Positions 20,564 to 31,392 are shown, numbered from the stretch's first letter. The stretch is DNA of 64,000 bases from an uncultured Gammaproteobacteria bacterium (GCA_963729605.1 CAVSNY010000007.1:704001-768000), one strand, 5' to 3'. Notes: a model not told the origin generated them from the sequence alone. Numbers and translations are program-made.

Positions 20564-22105
20564 ATGGCCAAAGGCCTGCTGAAATCCATCGCCAGCGTCA
20601 GCGCGATGACCCTCATTTCCCGGGTGCTGGGTTTCGTGCGCGACATGGTCATCGCCCGGGTGTTCGGCGCCAGCGCCGGGGCCGATGCCTTTTTCGTGGC
20701 CTTCAAAATCCCCAACTTTCTGCGGCGGCTGTTCGCCGAGGGGGCGTTTTCCCAGGCCTTCGTGCCGGTGCTGACGGAATACAAGACCCGACGCAGTCAC
20801 GAGGAAGTCAAAGATCTGGTCGATCACGTCAGCGGCGCCTTGGGGCTGGCGCTGTTTTTGGTGACCTTGGTCGGCGTGATCGCCGCGCCGGTGCTGATCA
20901 TGCTGTTCGCGCCGGGCTTCAGCGCCGACGCCGGCAAGTTCGAGCTGGCGGCGGACATGCTGCGCATCACCTTCCCCTATCTGCTGTTCATCTCGCTCAC
21001 CGCCTTCGCCGGCGGCATCCTCAACGCCTACGGACGTTTCGCCGTACCGGCCTTCACCCCGGTGTTTCTCAATCTCAGCATGATCGCCACCGCCTTGTGG
21101 CTGGCGCCCCATCTGGCGGAGCCGGTGACGGCGCTGGCCTGGGGCGTGTTCATCGCCGGGGTGGTGCAACTGGCGTTTCAATGGCCTTATCTGCGCCAGC
21201 TGCGCCTGTTGCCGCGCTTCCGCTTCAAGCGGGCGCATGAAGGCGTGAGCCGGGTGTTGCGTTTGATGTTGCCGGTGATGTTCGGCTCGTCGGTGGCCCA
21301 GATTAATCTGCTCATCGATACCGTGATCGCCTCGTTTCTGGTGACCGGCAGTGTGTCCTGGTTGTATTACTCCGACCGGCTGGTGGAATTTCCGCTGGGC
21401 GTCCTGGGCGTCGCCCTGGCGACCGTGATCCTGCCCAAATTGTCGCAACAACACGCCGAGGCCTCGCCACAAGCATTCTCCTACACGGTGGACTGGGGCC
21501 TGCGCTGGGTGATCGTGGTCGGTGTGCCCGCCACCTTGGGCCTGATGGCCTTGGCCGCGCCGATGCTGGCCACCTTGTTTCACTACGGCGAGTTCACCTT
21601 GACCGACGTGGTGAAATCCTCCTATAGCCTGATGGCCTATAGTCTGGGTTTGACCGGTTTCGTCATGGTGAAGATTCTGGCCTCGGGCTTTTACGCGCGC
21701 CAGGATACCCGCACCCCCGTGCGTTTCGCACTGATCGCGCTGCTCGTCAATCTGGTTTTGAATCTCATCTTGGTGTGGCCGTTGGCGCACGCGGGTCTGG
21801 CGCTGGCCACCTCGCTGGCCGCGTTGCTCAATACCGCGCTGTTGTTGCGCGCCTTGCGGCGCATCGGCGCCTATCAGCCCGAGCCGGGCTGGGGCGCCTT
21901 GTTATGGCGGGTGGGCATCGCGGGCGCGACGATGGCGGCGGTCTTGGTGCTAGGTGCGGGCACCGCCGAGGAATGGGCGCAATGGGGGGGAACGGAGCGG
22001 GCCTGGCGTCTGCTGATGTGGGTGACGGTGGGCGGGGCAGTGTTCGGCGCGGTGGCCCTTGCGGTCGGCTTGCGGCCGCGCCATCTGCGTCTCCGCGCAG
22101 ACTGA
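20564..22105 (+). CDS. murJ: Lipid II flippase MurJ
   Basis: SRVLGFVRD, FKIPNFLRRLFAEGAFSQAFVP. Confidence 0.96.
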   Translation: MAKGLLKSIASVSAMTLISRVLGFVRDMVIARVFGASAGADAFFVAFKIPNFLRRLFAEGAFSQAFVPVLTEYKTRRSHEEVKDLVDHVSGALGLALFLVTLVGVIAAPVLIMLFAPGFSADAGKFELAADMLRITFPYLLFISLTAFAGGILNAYGRFAVPAFTPVFLNLSMIATALWLAPHLAEPVTALAWGVFIAGVVQLAFQWPYLRQLRLLPRFRFKRAHEGVSRVLRLMLPVMFGSSVAQINLLIDTVIASFLVTGSVSWLYYSDRLVEFPLGVLGVALATVILPKLSQQHAEASPQAFSYTVDWGLRWVIVVGVPATLGLMALAAPMLATLFHYGEFTLTDVVKSSYSLMAYSLGLTGFVMVKILASGFYARQDTRTPVRFALIALLVNLVLNLILVWPLAHAGLALATSLAALLNTALLLRALRRIGAYQPEPGWGALLWRVGIAGATMAAVLVLGAGTAEEWAQWGGTERAWRLLMWVTVGGAVFGAVALAVGLRPRHLRLRAD

Positions 22106-22163
22106 CGGTGACAAGCGCGCCCGGTCCTTTATAATCCATATCCTTTATCCGACGCGGGCGACG

Positions 22164-23102
22164 ATGGAGATCATACGAGGACTGTACAATCTGCGGCGGC
22201 GCCCGCGGGGCTGCGTGGCGACCATCGGCAATTTCGACGGCGTACATCTCGGCCATCAGGCGGTGCTCGGTCAGCTGGCGGATCGCGCGGCGGAGTTGAA
22301 TCTGCCCATGGTGGTGATCACCTTCGAGCCGCAGCCGCGGGAGTTTTTCACTCACGGCGACACCCCGCCGCGACTCACCCGTTTTCGCGAGAAGATGCAG
22401 GCCCTGCGGCGTTTCTCGGTGGATAGCGTCGTGTGTCTGCGTTTCGACCGCGCCTTGGCCGCCATGCCCGCCGCGGAATTCATCCGGCGTTTGCTGGTCG
22501 ATGGTTTGGACGTGCGTTATCTGGTGGTGGGCGACGATTTCCGTTTCGGCGCGGCGCGCGCCGGCGATTTCGCCATGCTGCGCGAGGCCGGGGCGCGGCA
22601 GGGTTTTCAAGTGGCGGCCATGCACAGCTTCAGCATCGACGGCGAGCGGGTGAGCAGCACGCGGATCCGCGCCGCGCTGGCGCAGGACGACCTCGCCACC
22701 GCCGAGAAATTATTGGGCCGGCCTTATCGCATGTGCGGCCGGGTCGCCCACGGCGACGAACGCGGCCGGACCATCGGCTTTCCCACCGCGAATATTCATT
22801 TGCACCGCAAGAGTTCGCCGGTGAACGGCGTGTACGCGGTGGAGATGTTCGGTTTGGAGAACGCGCCGCTGGCGGGCGTGGCCAATGTCGGTACGCGGCC
22901 GACGGTGGGCGGCACGCGCAGTCAGCTGGAAGTGCATTTGCTGGATTTCAGCGGCGACATCTACGGCCGTTACGTGCACGTGGATTTTCTGCACAAGCTG
23001 CGTCCCGAGCGGCGCTTCGAATCATTGGACGCGCTGGTGGCGCAGATTCGCGCGGACGCGGCGGCGGCGCGGGCCTTTCACGCCGGACGCAGGCAAGAGT
23101 GA
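22164..23102 (+). CDS. ribF: Riboflavin kinase / FAD synthetase
   Basis: IGNFDGVHLGH, SSTRIR, GFPTAN, GTRPT. Confidence 0.96.
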   Translation: MEIIRGLYNLRRRPRGCVATIGNFDGVHLGHQAVLGQLADRAAELNLPMVVITFEPQPREFFTHGDTPPRLTRFREKMQALRRFSVDSVVCLRFDRALAAMPAAEFIRRLLVDGLDVRYLVVGDDFRFGAARAGDFAMLREAGARQGFQVAAMHSFSIDGERVSSTRIRAALAQDDLATAEKLLGRPYRMCGRVAHGDERGRTIGFPTANIHLHRKSSPVNGVYAVEMFGLENAPLAGVANVGTRPTVGGTRSQLEVHLLDFSGDIYGRYVHVDFLHKLRPERRFESLDALVAQIRADAAAARAFHAGRRQE

Positions 23103-23127
23103 TTGATGCGTGCCTGAGCCGCGCGGT

Positions 23128-23439
23128 TACACCACCCCGCCCCCGCGGGGCACCCCTCCTCAACGAGGAGGGGAAAAAACCACACTCCCCTCCTTTTCAA
23201 GGAGGGGTGGCGGCTTTAGCCGCCGGGGTGGTTAAGGTGTGGCATAGGGTGGTGGAGAAGTGACGGCCTTAGCGTCCGGGCAAGGTGCTACACCACCCCG
23301 CCCCCGCGGGGCACCCCTCCTCAACCAGGAGGGGGAAAAATCACACTCCCCTCCTTTTCAAGGAGGGGTGGCGGCTTTAGCCGCCGGGGTGGTTAAGGTG
23401 TGGCACAGGATGATGGATAAGTGACGGCCTTGGCGCCGG
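23128..23439. repeat. Tandem duplication (161-bp period) of a REPIN-like unit
   Basis: Copies start at 23128 and 23289; each has ACCACCCCG...CGGGGTGGT ends and two CCCCTCC/GGAGGGG hairpins. Confidence 0.9.
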
Positions 23440-23528
23440 AAGATGAAACCACGACGTTGGTTTGTATAGAGGTGAAGAGCCGCGACACCAGTCTTTGAGA
23501 TGGAGTCGCGCCATCACGGGAAAGACCG

Positions 23529-23683
23529 AAGGAAGCGCTGAATAATTCCATCCTGGAATTTTCAGAGTACGGGAAGCGAAAATGCGATTTTCGCTTCCCG
23601 CCATTTTCAATGGTTAACGCCATTGAAAATGGCGGCACATCCGTGCGCCGCGGGAAGCTCTGAATAAATCAGCGGTGCCCTAA
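23529..23683 (+). mobile_element. MITE-like dispersed element, copy B
   Basis: GGAAGCGCTGA...TCAGCGGTGCC imperfect TIR; two strong internal hairpins. Confidence 0.7.
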
Positions 23684-23806
23684 TGGAAGAAGTTAGGCGA
23701 TCAGCGCGGCGCGGTAAACGCGCGCCGCGAAACTTTGTCACATTAACTTTGTGCCGAGCATCCCGCCGGAGAACGGCAGTTTTTGTTTTGAATGGATAGA
23801 CGACGT

Positions 23807-26692
23807 ATGGCTGATTACAAACACACCTTGAACCTGCCGCAGACCGATTTTCCCATGAAGGCGAATCTGGCGCAGCGCGAGCCGGAGATGCTCAAAGAAT
23901 GGCAGGCGCTGGGTCTGTATCAAAAGCTGCGCGCGGCCCGCGCCGGCGCGCCCAAGTTCGTGCTGCACGACGGCCCGCCCTACGCCAACGGCGAGATCCA
24001 CATCGGCCACGCGGTCAACAAAGTGTTGAAGGACATCATCGTCAAGTCGCGTTCGATGGCGGGTTTCGACGCGCCGTATGTACCCGGCTGGGACTGCCAC
24101 GGTCTGCCCATCGAACTGCAAGTGGAAAAAAAGGTGGGCAAGGTCGGCGTGAAGGTGGACGCGAAAACCTTTCGGCAGGCCTGCCGCGATTACGCCGCCG
24201 CGCAGGTGGACAAGCAGCGCGAGGATTTCGTGCGCCTCGGCGTGCTGGGCGATTGGCAGCGGCCGTATCTCACCATGGATTTTCGTTTCGAGGCCGACAT
24301 CATCCGCGCCCTCGGCCGGGTGATCGCCAACGGTCATTTGTATAAAGGTTCCAAGCCGGTGCACTGGTGCAGCGATTGCGGCTCGGCCCTCGCGGAAGCC
24401 GAGGTGGAATACGAGGACAAGACCTCGCCGGCCATCGACGTGCGCTTCGCGATTTTGGATGAGCAGGCCTTGTTCGCCCGCTGCAAATACGTGCCCGAAC
24501 ACCTCGGCCACGGCCCCCTGTCGGTAGTCATTTGGACCACCACGCCGTGGACCCTGCCCGCCAATCAGGCGGTGGCCGTGCATCCCGAATTGGAATACGT
24601 GGTGGTGCAGGCCGGTCATGAACGCCTGGTGCTGGCCGAGGCGCTGATGAAGCAGGCGTTGGGCCGCTACGGTGTTGAAGAGTATCGAGTGATCGCCACC
24701 TGTCTCGGCGCCGACCTGGAAGGTTTGTTATTGCAGCATCCGTTTTACGCCCGCGAGGTGCCGGTGATCGTCGGCGAACACGTTACCACCGAGTCCGGTA
24801 CCGGCGCGGTGCACACGGCGCCGGGCCACGGTCAGGAAGACTATGTGGTGGGTGTGCGTTACGGCCTGCCCGTCGAAAATCCGGTGGGCGGCGACGGGGT
24901 GTTTTTGCCGGGCACCGAACTTTTCGCCGGCGAACATGTGTTCAAGGCCAACGATCACGTGATCGAGATTTTGAAAACCAAGGGCATGCTGCTGCATCAC
25001 GCGGCCTGGCGCCACAGTTATCCCCATTGCTGGCGGCACAAGACGCCGATCATCTTCCGCGCCACGCCGCAGTGGTTTATCCGCATGGACGCGGTGTACC
25101 CTGGCGCTGTAGGGAACGAGCGCCAGGGCATCAGCATGGAGCAGCAGGGCTTGCGCAAACAGGCGCTGGCCGCCATCACCAAGGTGGAATGGCTGCCCGG
25201 CTGGGGGCAGGCGCGCATCGAGGGCATGGTGCGCAATCGCCCCGACTGGTGTATCTCGCGGCAGCGCACCTGGGGCGTGCCGATCGCTTTATTCGTGCAC
25301 AAGGAAACCGGCAAGCTGCATCCGCGCACCGCCGAGCTGATCGAACAGGTCGCGCAGCGGGTGGAGCAGGCCGGCATCGACGCCTGGTTTGATGTGAGCG
25401 CGGCCGAGTTGCTGGGCGACGAGGCGGGCAGTTACGACAAAGTGAACGACACCCTCGACGTCTGGTTCGATTCCGGCGTCACGCATGCCGGCGTGCTGGA
25501 GTCGCGCGCGGAGCTGGGCGGCGCGCCCGCCGATTTATATTTGGAAGGTTCCGATCAGCATCGCGGCTGGTTTCAATCGTCGCTGTTGACGGCGGTGGCC
25601 ATGCGCGGCGCGGCGCCGTATCGCGGCGTGCTCACCCACGGTTTCACCGTCGATGCGCAAGGCCGCAAGATGTCCAAGTCGGTGGGCAACGTGGTGGCGC
25701 CGCAGAAGGTGGTGAACAATCTCGGCGCGGATATTCTGCGGCTGTGGGTGGCGGCCACCGATTATCGCGGCGAGATGACCGTCTCCGACGAAATCCTGAA
25801 ACGTACCGCCGATGCCTATCGGCGCTTGCGCAACACCGCGCGTTTTCTGCTCGCCAATCTCCACGGCTTCGACCCCGCCGCGCATTGCGTGGCGCCGGAG
25901 GCGATGCTGGAACTCGATCGCTGGGCGGTGGAGCGCGCGCGGCGTTTGCAGGAGCAGGTGATCGCGGCCTACGACAGTTACGAGTTCCATCAGATTTATC
26001 AGCGGGTGCACAATTTCTGCGTGGTGGAGATGGGCGGCTTTTATCTCGACATCATCAAGGACCGTCAATACACCACGCAGACGGACAGCGTCGCACGCCG
26101 TTCGGCGCAGACCGCGCTGTACCACATCAGCGAAGCGATGGTGCGTTGGCTGGCGCCGATCTTGAGTTTCACCGCCGAGGAATTGTGGCGTTATCTTCCC
26201 GGCGCGCGCGGCGCGTCGGTGCTGCTCGAAACCTGGTACGACATACCGGCGATGTATGCCGATGCCGCGGCGGCCGACGCCAGCTTGAACGAGTGGGAAC
26301 GAATCATCGCGGTGCGCGAGATCGTCGGCAAGGAACTGGAGCGCTTGCGGGTGGCGGGCGGCATCGGCTCCGGTCTGGATGCCGAAGTAGATCTCTATTG
26401 CGGCCGCGAATTGCTCGATCAACTGACCCACCTCGCCGACGAGCTGCGCTTCGTGTTGATCACGTCCGAGGCGCGGGTGCACGACAGCAATGCGCCGCCC
26501 GCGGAGGCGGCGCATTTCAGCTTGGCGTCGGGCGATGAATTCTGGGTGACGGTGGCGCCGTCGGCACAGACCAAATGCGTGCGCTGCTGGCACCATCGCG
26601 CCGATGTGGGCCGTCATGCGGAACATCCGGAGTTGTGCGGACGTTGCGTGGAAAACGTCGCCGGCGTCGGCGAACAGCGGCGGTACGCCTGA
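23807..26692 (+). CDS. ileS: Isoleucine-tRNA ligase
   Basis: [20 protein letters not shown]-terminal zinc finger. Confidence 0.97.
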   Translation: MADYKHTLNLPQTDFPMKANLAQREPEMLKEWQALGLYQKLRAARAGAPKFVLHDGPPYANGEIHIGHAVNKVLKDIIVKSRSMAGFDAPYVPGWDCHGLPIELQVEKKVGKVGVKVDAKTFRQACRDYAAAQVDKQREDFVRLGVLGDWQRPYLTMDFRFEADIIRALGRVIANGHLYKGSKPVHWCSDCGSALAEAEVEYEDKTSPAIDVRFAILDEQALFARCKYVPEHLGHGPLSVVIWTTTPWTLPANQAVAVHPELEYVVVQAGHERLVLAEALMKQALGRYGVEEYRVIATCLGADLEGLLLQHPFYAREVPVIVGEHVTTESGTGAVHTAPGHGQEDYVVGVRYGLPVENPVGGDGVFLPGTELFAGEHVFKANDHVIEILKTKGMLLHHAAWRHSYPHCWRHKTPIIFRATPQWFIRMDAVYPGAVGNERQGISMEQQGLRKQALAAITKVEWLPGWGQARIEGMVRNRPDWCISRQRTWGVPIALFVHKETGKLHPRTAELIEQVAQRVEQAGIDAWFDVSAAELLGDEAGSYDKVNDTLDVWFDSGVTHAGVLESRAELGGAPADLYLEGSDQHRGWFQSSLLTAVAMRGAAPYRGVLTHGFTVDAQGRKMSKSVGNVVAPQKVVNNLGADILRLWVAATDYRGEMTVSDEILKRTADAYRRLRNTARFLLANLHGFDPAAHCVAPEAMLELDRWAVERARRLQEQVIAAYDSYEFHQIYQRVHNFCVVEMGGFYLDIIKDRQYTTQTDSVARRSAQTALYHISEAMVRWLAPILSFTAEELWRYLPGARGASVLLETWYDIPAMYADAAAADASLNEWERIIAVREIVGKELERLRVAGGIGSGLDAEVDLYCGRELLDQLTHLADELRFVLITSEARVHDSNAPPAEAAHFSLASGDEFWVTVAPSAQTKCVRCWHHRADVGRHAEHPELCGRCVENVAGVGEQRRYA

Positions 26693-27213
26693 TGCGCATC
26701 TGGTTGACGATAGCCGGGGTGGTTTTGCTGACCGATCAAATCACCAAACAAATGGCCGAGGCCATGCTCTCATTCGGCGAAAGCGTGGCGGTAATGCCAT
26801 TCTTCAATATTACTCTGGCGTACAACACCGGCGCGGCATTTAGTTTTCTCGCGCAGGCCGGCGGCTGGCAACGCTGGTTTTTCGCGGTGCTCGCGCTGAC
26901 GGTGAGCGCGGTGATTTTCGTGTGGCTGCGCCGTCTCAAGCCAGAAGAAAAATGGAGCGGGGTGGCCCTGGCCTTGATCCTGGGCGGCGCGCTGGGCAAT
27001 GTCATCGACCGCCTCCTGTTCGGGCATGTCATCGACTTTCTCGATGTGTATTACACCGCCGACCAATGCATGATCTTGTTCTCGTTCGAACCGGTGGCGG
27101 ACGGAATGCGCTGTCATTGGCCGGCCTTCAATGTCGCGGATTCGGCGATTTTGGTGGGGGCGGCGATGATGATCATCGACAGCGTGCGCGGTGGCAAAAA
27201 GGCTGGGACTTAG
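26692..27213 (+). CDS. lspA: Lipoprotein signal peptidase II
   Basis: DQITK, NTGAAFS, GNVIDR, FNVAD; TGATG coupling to ileS. Confidence 0.95.
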   Translation: MRIWLTIAGVVLLTDQITKQMAEAMLSFGESVAVMPFFNITLAYNTGAAFSFLAQAGGWQRWFFAVLALTVSAVIFVWLRRLKPEEKWSGVALALILGGALGNVIDRLLFGHVIDFLDVYYTADQCMILFSFEPVADGMRCHWPAFNVADSAILVGAAMMIIDSVRGGKKAGT

Positions 27214-27303
27214 GGCCGAAAAGTTTTTTTAGTCGCCAAGGACGCCCAGGAGAAAATTTCCGGATGAGCGAAGCAGATTCGCGGGCTCGGCGTTTTTGCG
27301 TAT

Positions 27304-27612
27304 CCCCACATCCTAACCCTCTCGCGCTTGCGGGAGAGGGGGAGTTGGAGGAGAGTGAATTGATCCAGGGGCACGGGCGTATCCTTGGGCGGAAGTTCCT
27401 GGGTAGGGTTGGAATCTTTACGCGACGTGATTAGCCTTCAGTGGGGCACGCGGGTTAAAACGGTTACCGGCACCGGCGTTCCTCATTCATCAGTTAAAAC
27501 CGCCGGTTTAGCCGGTCAGCTTACGCTACCGAATGGCCCCGCTGTACTTTTCCGGTGAGTAAAGGATTTTCGCCTGCATCCCCTCTCCCGCGAGCGGGAG
27601 AGGGTGAGGGGG
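27304..27612. repeat. Two CCCTCTCCCGC/GCGGGAGAGGG REP-like hairpins in opposite orientation (27304-27342, 27580-27612)
   Basis: Palindromes seen directly; family shared with 42-111 and 35664-35699. Confidence 0.65.
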
Positions 27613-27793
27613 CTCCCCCCGGCGGGAGCCGGAAGTAAGACGCGTCGCTCAACCGGCCCGTCTCCGGGCTTTCAGTCCGCCATTCAACTCCTCCGCTTTA
27701 GCCGGGGTCGTTTATTTGAGCTTTCCGGCCCGGGTTTTTACCCGGCGGGAAAACCCAGTACAATAGCCGTCCATTATGTCGAGTAAGCCGCCC

Positions 27794-28732
27794 ATGCAGA
27801 TCCAGCTTGCCAATCCCCGCGGTTTTTGCGCCGGGGTCGATCGCGCCATCCATATCGTCGAGCGTGCGCTCGAGTTGTTCGGCGCGCCGGTGTACGTGCG
27901 GCACGAGGTCGTGCACAACAAATTCGTGGTGGAGGGACTGCGCGCCAAGGGCGTGGTGTTCGTCGATGAATTGGACGAAGTGCCCGACGATAATATCGTG
28001 ATCTTCAGCGCCCACGGCGTTTCCAAAGCGGTGCGCGACGAGGCGGCGCGGCGCGGCTTGAAGGTGTTCGACGCCACCTGTCCGTTGGTGACCAAGGTGC
28101 ATCTCGAAGTGGAGCGCCACCGCCGCGCCGGGCGCGAGTGCATCCTCATCGGCCACGCCGGCCATCCCGAGGTGGAGGGCACCATGGGCCAGTGGGAGAA
28201 GACGCCGGGCGGCGGCGAGATGTATCTGGTGCAGGACGTGGACGACGCCCGCACGCTGGAAGTGCGCGAGCCCGAGAACATCGCCTTCGTCACTCAGACC
28301 ACTTTATCGGTGGACGACACCGCCGCGGTGATCGACGTGCTGCGCGCGCGTTTCCCCCGCATCACCGGTCCGCGCAAGGACGACATCTGTTACGCGACGC
28401 AGAACCGGCAGGACGCGGTGAAGGCGCTGGCCGATCAATGCGATCTGTTGCTGGTGGTGGGCTCGCCCAGCAGCTCCAACTCCAATCGCCTGCGCGAGCT
28501 GGCGATCAAACGCGGCGTGGACGCCTATCTCATCGACGGCGCCGACGAAATCCAAACGGCTTGGCTGCAAGGCAAACAATCCATCGGCGTCACCGCCGGG
28601 GCCTCGGCGCCCGAGGTGCTGGTGCAAGAGGTGATCGCCAAGCTGGAAAGTCTGGGCGCCGCCCCCGCCCGCGAGATGAGCGGCCGCGCCGAGACCATCG
28701 TGTTTTCACTGCCGAAGGAGTTGAGTGCCTGA
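27794..28732 (+). CDS. ispH: 4-hydroxy-3-methylbut-2-enyl diphosphate reductase
   Basis: [29 protein letters not shown]. Confidence 0.97.
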   Translation: MQIQLANPRGFCAGVDRAIHIVERALELFGAPVYVRHEVVHNKFVVEGLRAKGVVFVDELDEVPDDNIVIFSAHGVSKAVRDEAARRGLKVFDATCPLVTKVHLEVERHRRAGRECILIGHAGHPEVEGTMGQWEKTPGGGEMYLVQDVDDARTLEVREPENIAFVTQTTLSVDDTAAVIDVLRARFPRITGPRKDDICYATQNRQDAVKALADQCDLLLVVGSPSSSNSNRLRELAIKRGVDAYLIDGADEIQTAWLQGKQSIGVTAGASAPEVLVQEVIAKLESLGAAPAREMSGRAETIVFSLPKELSA

Positions 28733-28862
28733 GACGGCGTTTCGGCTGTTAAAAATCGCTTCAAGATATCGCTGAAGAGAGCATTGCGGCGTTATACGCC
28801 ACGGCGTTAATCATGGCGTGCGGACCAGTTGTGGCTTCGTGCGCACAGCGCACAAGACTTCT

Positions 28863-29327
28863 TTACCAGCAACCGCTGGTCGCCGGACTACGCACATTGG
28901 CGGAGGTGATACCGAAGTCGCCACAAGTATCGTGACTTTGGTTACCGTATTTGGTGGCGGTCACTTTGAAGCAGGGCTGGCTGCCGCAACTGGTCAAGGC
29001 TGTGCGAACTTGATATATCACGTCATCGGTTAAAGAGTTAAGAATTGATCCATCTTTGCTGAGATAGGCAGTCTCTGTTGGGTACCCAAGATCGGTCATT
29101 GATGCGGTATAGGCGCGATTGCTGGCATAAAACCGCTCCTGCCGGGTGGCGGCGTCCAGTAACGCGTTTTTCGCCACGCTGCGGTTGGCCTTGAGTATGT
29201 AATTGGTGTAGCTGGCATAAGACAACGTGGCGACGATGCCTAAAATCGCCAGCACAATGACCAGTTCGATCAATGTGAGACCGGCGGTGCGGCGCGGCGG
29301 GATTGAGGTTCGCGGAGGATGTCGCAT
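28863..29327 (-). CDS. pilE: Type IV minor pilin PilE
   Basis: G/LTLIEL prepilin site, QERFY, C-terminal D-x-C..CW. Confidence 0.85.
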   Translation of the reverse strand: MRHPPRTSIPPRRTAGLTLIELVIVLAILGIVATLSYASYTNYILKANRSVAKNALLDAATRQERFYASNRAYTASMTDLGYPTETAYLSKDGSILNSLTDDVIYQVRTALTSCGSQPCFKVTATKYGNQSHDTCGDFGITSANVRSPATSGCW

Positions 29328-29998
29328 CAGTTGATCTCCACGTAGCCTATGCGGCGGAAAGCAGGAACGCCGACGGGGAGCGGGGCATCGTTGCCGACAG
29401 ATAAGCTGGCATTTGTCCGATTCACCAGCATTACATAAGTGGATTGGACGATGCGCGCCGCGCCTTGGACATCGATGCCATAGGCCCAAACCTCGTAGGT
29501 GAAGATGGACATTTGCGGGGCCCAGGTCGGAGTGCAGGGGGCCGTGACGCCGCCCACGCCGACGTCGGTGCAGCCGCGATACACCACCGCATAACGGCCG
29601 CCCGCCGCCGCTGTGCCGAATCCACCAACCCAGGTACCTACTGCACGCGGGTTGCCAGGTAAAGGGTCGGTGCTTGCATAGAAACTGTCGGTGTTGGTAG
29701 CTGACCAACCGAAGTTGATTGGGTGGCAATTGTTGCTATTTGGTACGGGCGTACCGCCGGTGCAGGTCATCTGGATGATCTGCTGTTCCCCCGCGTTTAA
29801 TGCCACCTCCGCTTGCGTATACGCGCTGGTTTGAAAGGCATTATTGGCGGCCATCCGCCATTCCAGGCGGGAGCTGTTCATCACCGCGACGCCGATGAGG
29901 GTGATGGCCACCAGCATCATCATGCTGACCACCAGGGCGACGCCGCGCTGAGCGCGCGATGTTTGCGGCGGGGCGGGGCGGTTCGAATCGTTCGTCAT
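29327..29998 (-). CDS. pilX: Type IV pilus assembly protein PilX
   Basis: QRGVALVVSMMML (no E5), AEVALNAGE, VQSTY. Confidence 0.8.
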   Translation of the reverse strand: MTNDSNRPAPPQTSRAQRGVALVVSMMMLVAITLIGVAVMNSSRLEWRMAANNAFQTSAYTQAEVALNAGEQQIIQMTCTGGTPVPNSNNCHPINFGWSATNTDSFYASTDPLPGNPRAVGTWVGGFGTAAAGGRYAVVYRGCTDVGVGGVTAPCTPTWAPQMSIFTYEVWAYGIDVQGAARIVQSTYVMLVNRTNASLSVGNDAPLPVGVPAFRRIGYVEIN

Positions 29999-30007
29999 GG
30001 CCAGGCC

Positions 30008-30934
30008 TTAATTGCGCAACGCTACGGTGGAGGTGTAGAGCTGACGGCGATAATTGTCGTTCGGCGTGTAAGGGGGAATGTCGCCTAAAGTATAGGTGTT
30101 GTTGTTGGTATAACCCGCCTCCGGGCACTCGTCCCGCGCCAATATCCAGAAACGCACCGATACCACGTTATTCCAGTTGGCTACGGCATTGGCATTCACA
30201 TATTGGTTCACGGAACGATCGGCGTTGGTATCGATGCCGAACTGGAATTGCAGATGCTCCACGCCCAATACCAGCTCGGCCGCCTGGGGCAGACCGTTTG
30301 CATCGAGTTCTTCGCGTGTTAAGGCGGGGATGGCCGCGCCGTTACACCTCGCGGTAGTGGAATCTCGTACATAATAGGCATGAGCTGTCACGGCGTGGTC
30401 GCTGGAGATGGGGCCGGGGGCGTTAGCAGGAGCGCCCAATGCGATGGTGGCCTGCGTGGGCGTGGTACGTATATACAAGGTGTTGGCGGCAAATACAGTC
30501 GTTGGTTGGGGGACGGCGTAGCGTACCGTCAGCACATCGCCGCGCAGCCATGCGGCGGTGATGCAGTCATAACCCGCTGCGCTGTCATTTATGCCGAAGA
30601 TGGCTTGCTGGGCCATGCGACCCCATGTGTTATCGGCGCTATTGCAGGTGGCGGCCGCTGGCGCTGCACCGGCAGGCGGGCCGAAGGCGCGCATATTGGT
30701 CAGCCCCCAATACCCCGCACGGCGGACATCCTGGGTGATGACATCCACCGCGTAACGCCCCGCGTCTTGCAGGCGGGCGAGGCTGGTTTGGATGTCGTAG
30801 CTGCGTTTGGCGGCGGCGTAGATTTGACCGATGCCCGCGATCACCAACAACCCCAGCGTCACGGTGACCAGCAATTCAACGAGGGTGAAACCGCGTTGGT
30901 GGGGGTGAAGTGAAATGGGGCAGGGGGCGCGCAT
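30008..30934 (-). CDS. pilW: Type IV minor pilin PilW
   Basis: GFTLVEL, DVRRAGY, GVEHLQFQFG, TVALRN. Confidence 0.88.
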   Translation of the reverse strand: MRAPCPISLHPHQRGFTLVELLVTVTLGLLVIAGIGQIYAAAKRSYDIQTSLARLQDAGRYAVDVITQDVRRAGYWGLTNMRAFGPPAGAAPAAATCNSADNTWGRMAQQAIFGINDSAAGYDCITAAWLRGDVLTVRYAVPQPTTVFAANTLYIRTTPTQATIALGAPANAPGPISSDHAVTAHAYYVRDSTTARCNGAAIPALTREELDANGLPQAAELVLGVEHLQFQFGIDTNADRSVNQYVNANAVANWNNVVSVRFWILARDECPEAGYTNNNTYTLGDIPPYTPNDNYRRQLYTSTVALRN

Positions 30935-30936
30935 GA

Positions 30937-31392
30937 TTAGTAGTTGATGATCATGGTCTGGTTTGGACCTTGATCACCCCACCTAATGATCACGGTGTTG
31001 GCGCCGATTTCGATCTCCGCATGGGGTAAGACGGGCGCGCCCGCGGCAGCGATCATTTGTGATAATTGATAAAGATCGTATTGCACCATCTGTGCGGGAG
31101 TGCAGACTGCCGAGCAATCTTGGTTGGCTGTGCCGGCGGCGGTGATGGTTCCATTATAGGCCCCCGCCCCCGCCGCCCGATTCGCCCGTATCCGCTCAAT
31201 CGCATCTTGCGCCAAGTGGGTGGCGATGGTGTGATCCTGCGCCTGATTGCTGGCGCGCAGTCCGGCGAATTGCAACCCGGCCAAGCCCAGCAGGCCGATG
31301 CTCACGACCACGACGGTGATCAAAACCTCGAAGAGTGAAAATCCCCGGCAGGAGCGATAAGACGATGCGTTGACGAATTCGTGTTTTTTCAT
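30937..31392 (-). CDS. pilV: Type IV minor pilin PilV
   Basis: GFSLFEVL, IGLLGLAGLQ, ERIRAN. Confidence 0.88.
   Translation of the reverse strand: MKKHEFVNASSYRSCRGFSLFEVLITVVVVSIGLLGLAGLQFAGLRASNQAQDHTIATHLAQDAIERIRANRAAGAGAYNGTITAAGTANQDCSAVCTPAQMVQYDLYQLSQMIAAAGAPVLPHAEIEIGANTVIIRWGDQGPNQTMIINY

Noticed and set aside
23128-23439. Possible CRISPR array
   Set aside because: Only two long near-identical units, no unique spacers and no cas genes.
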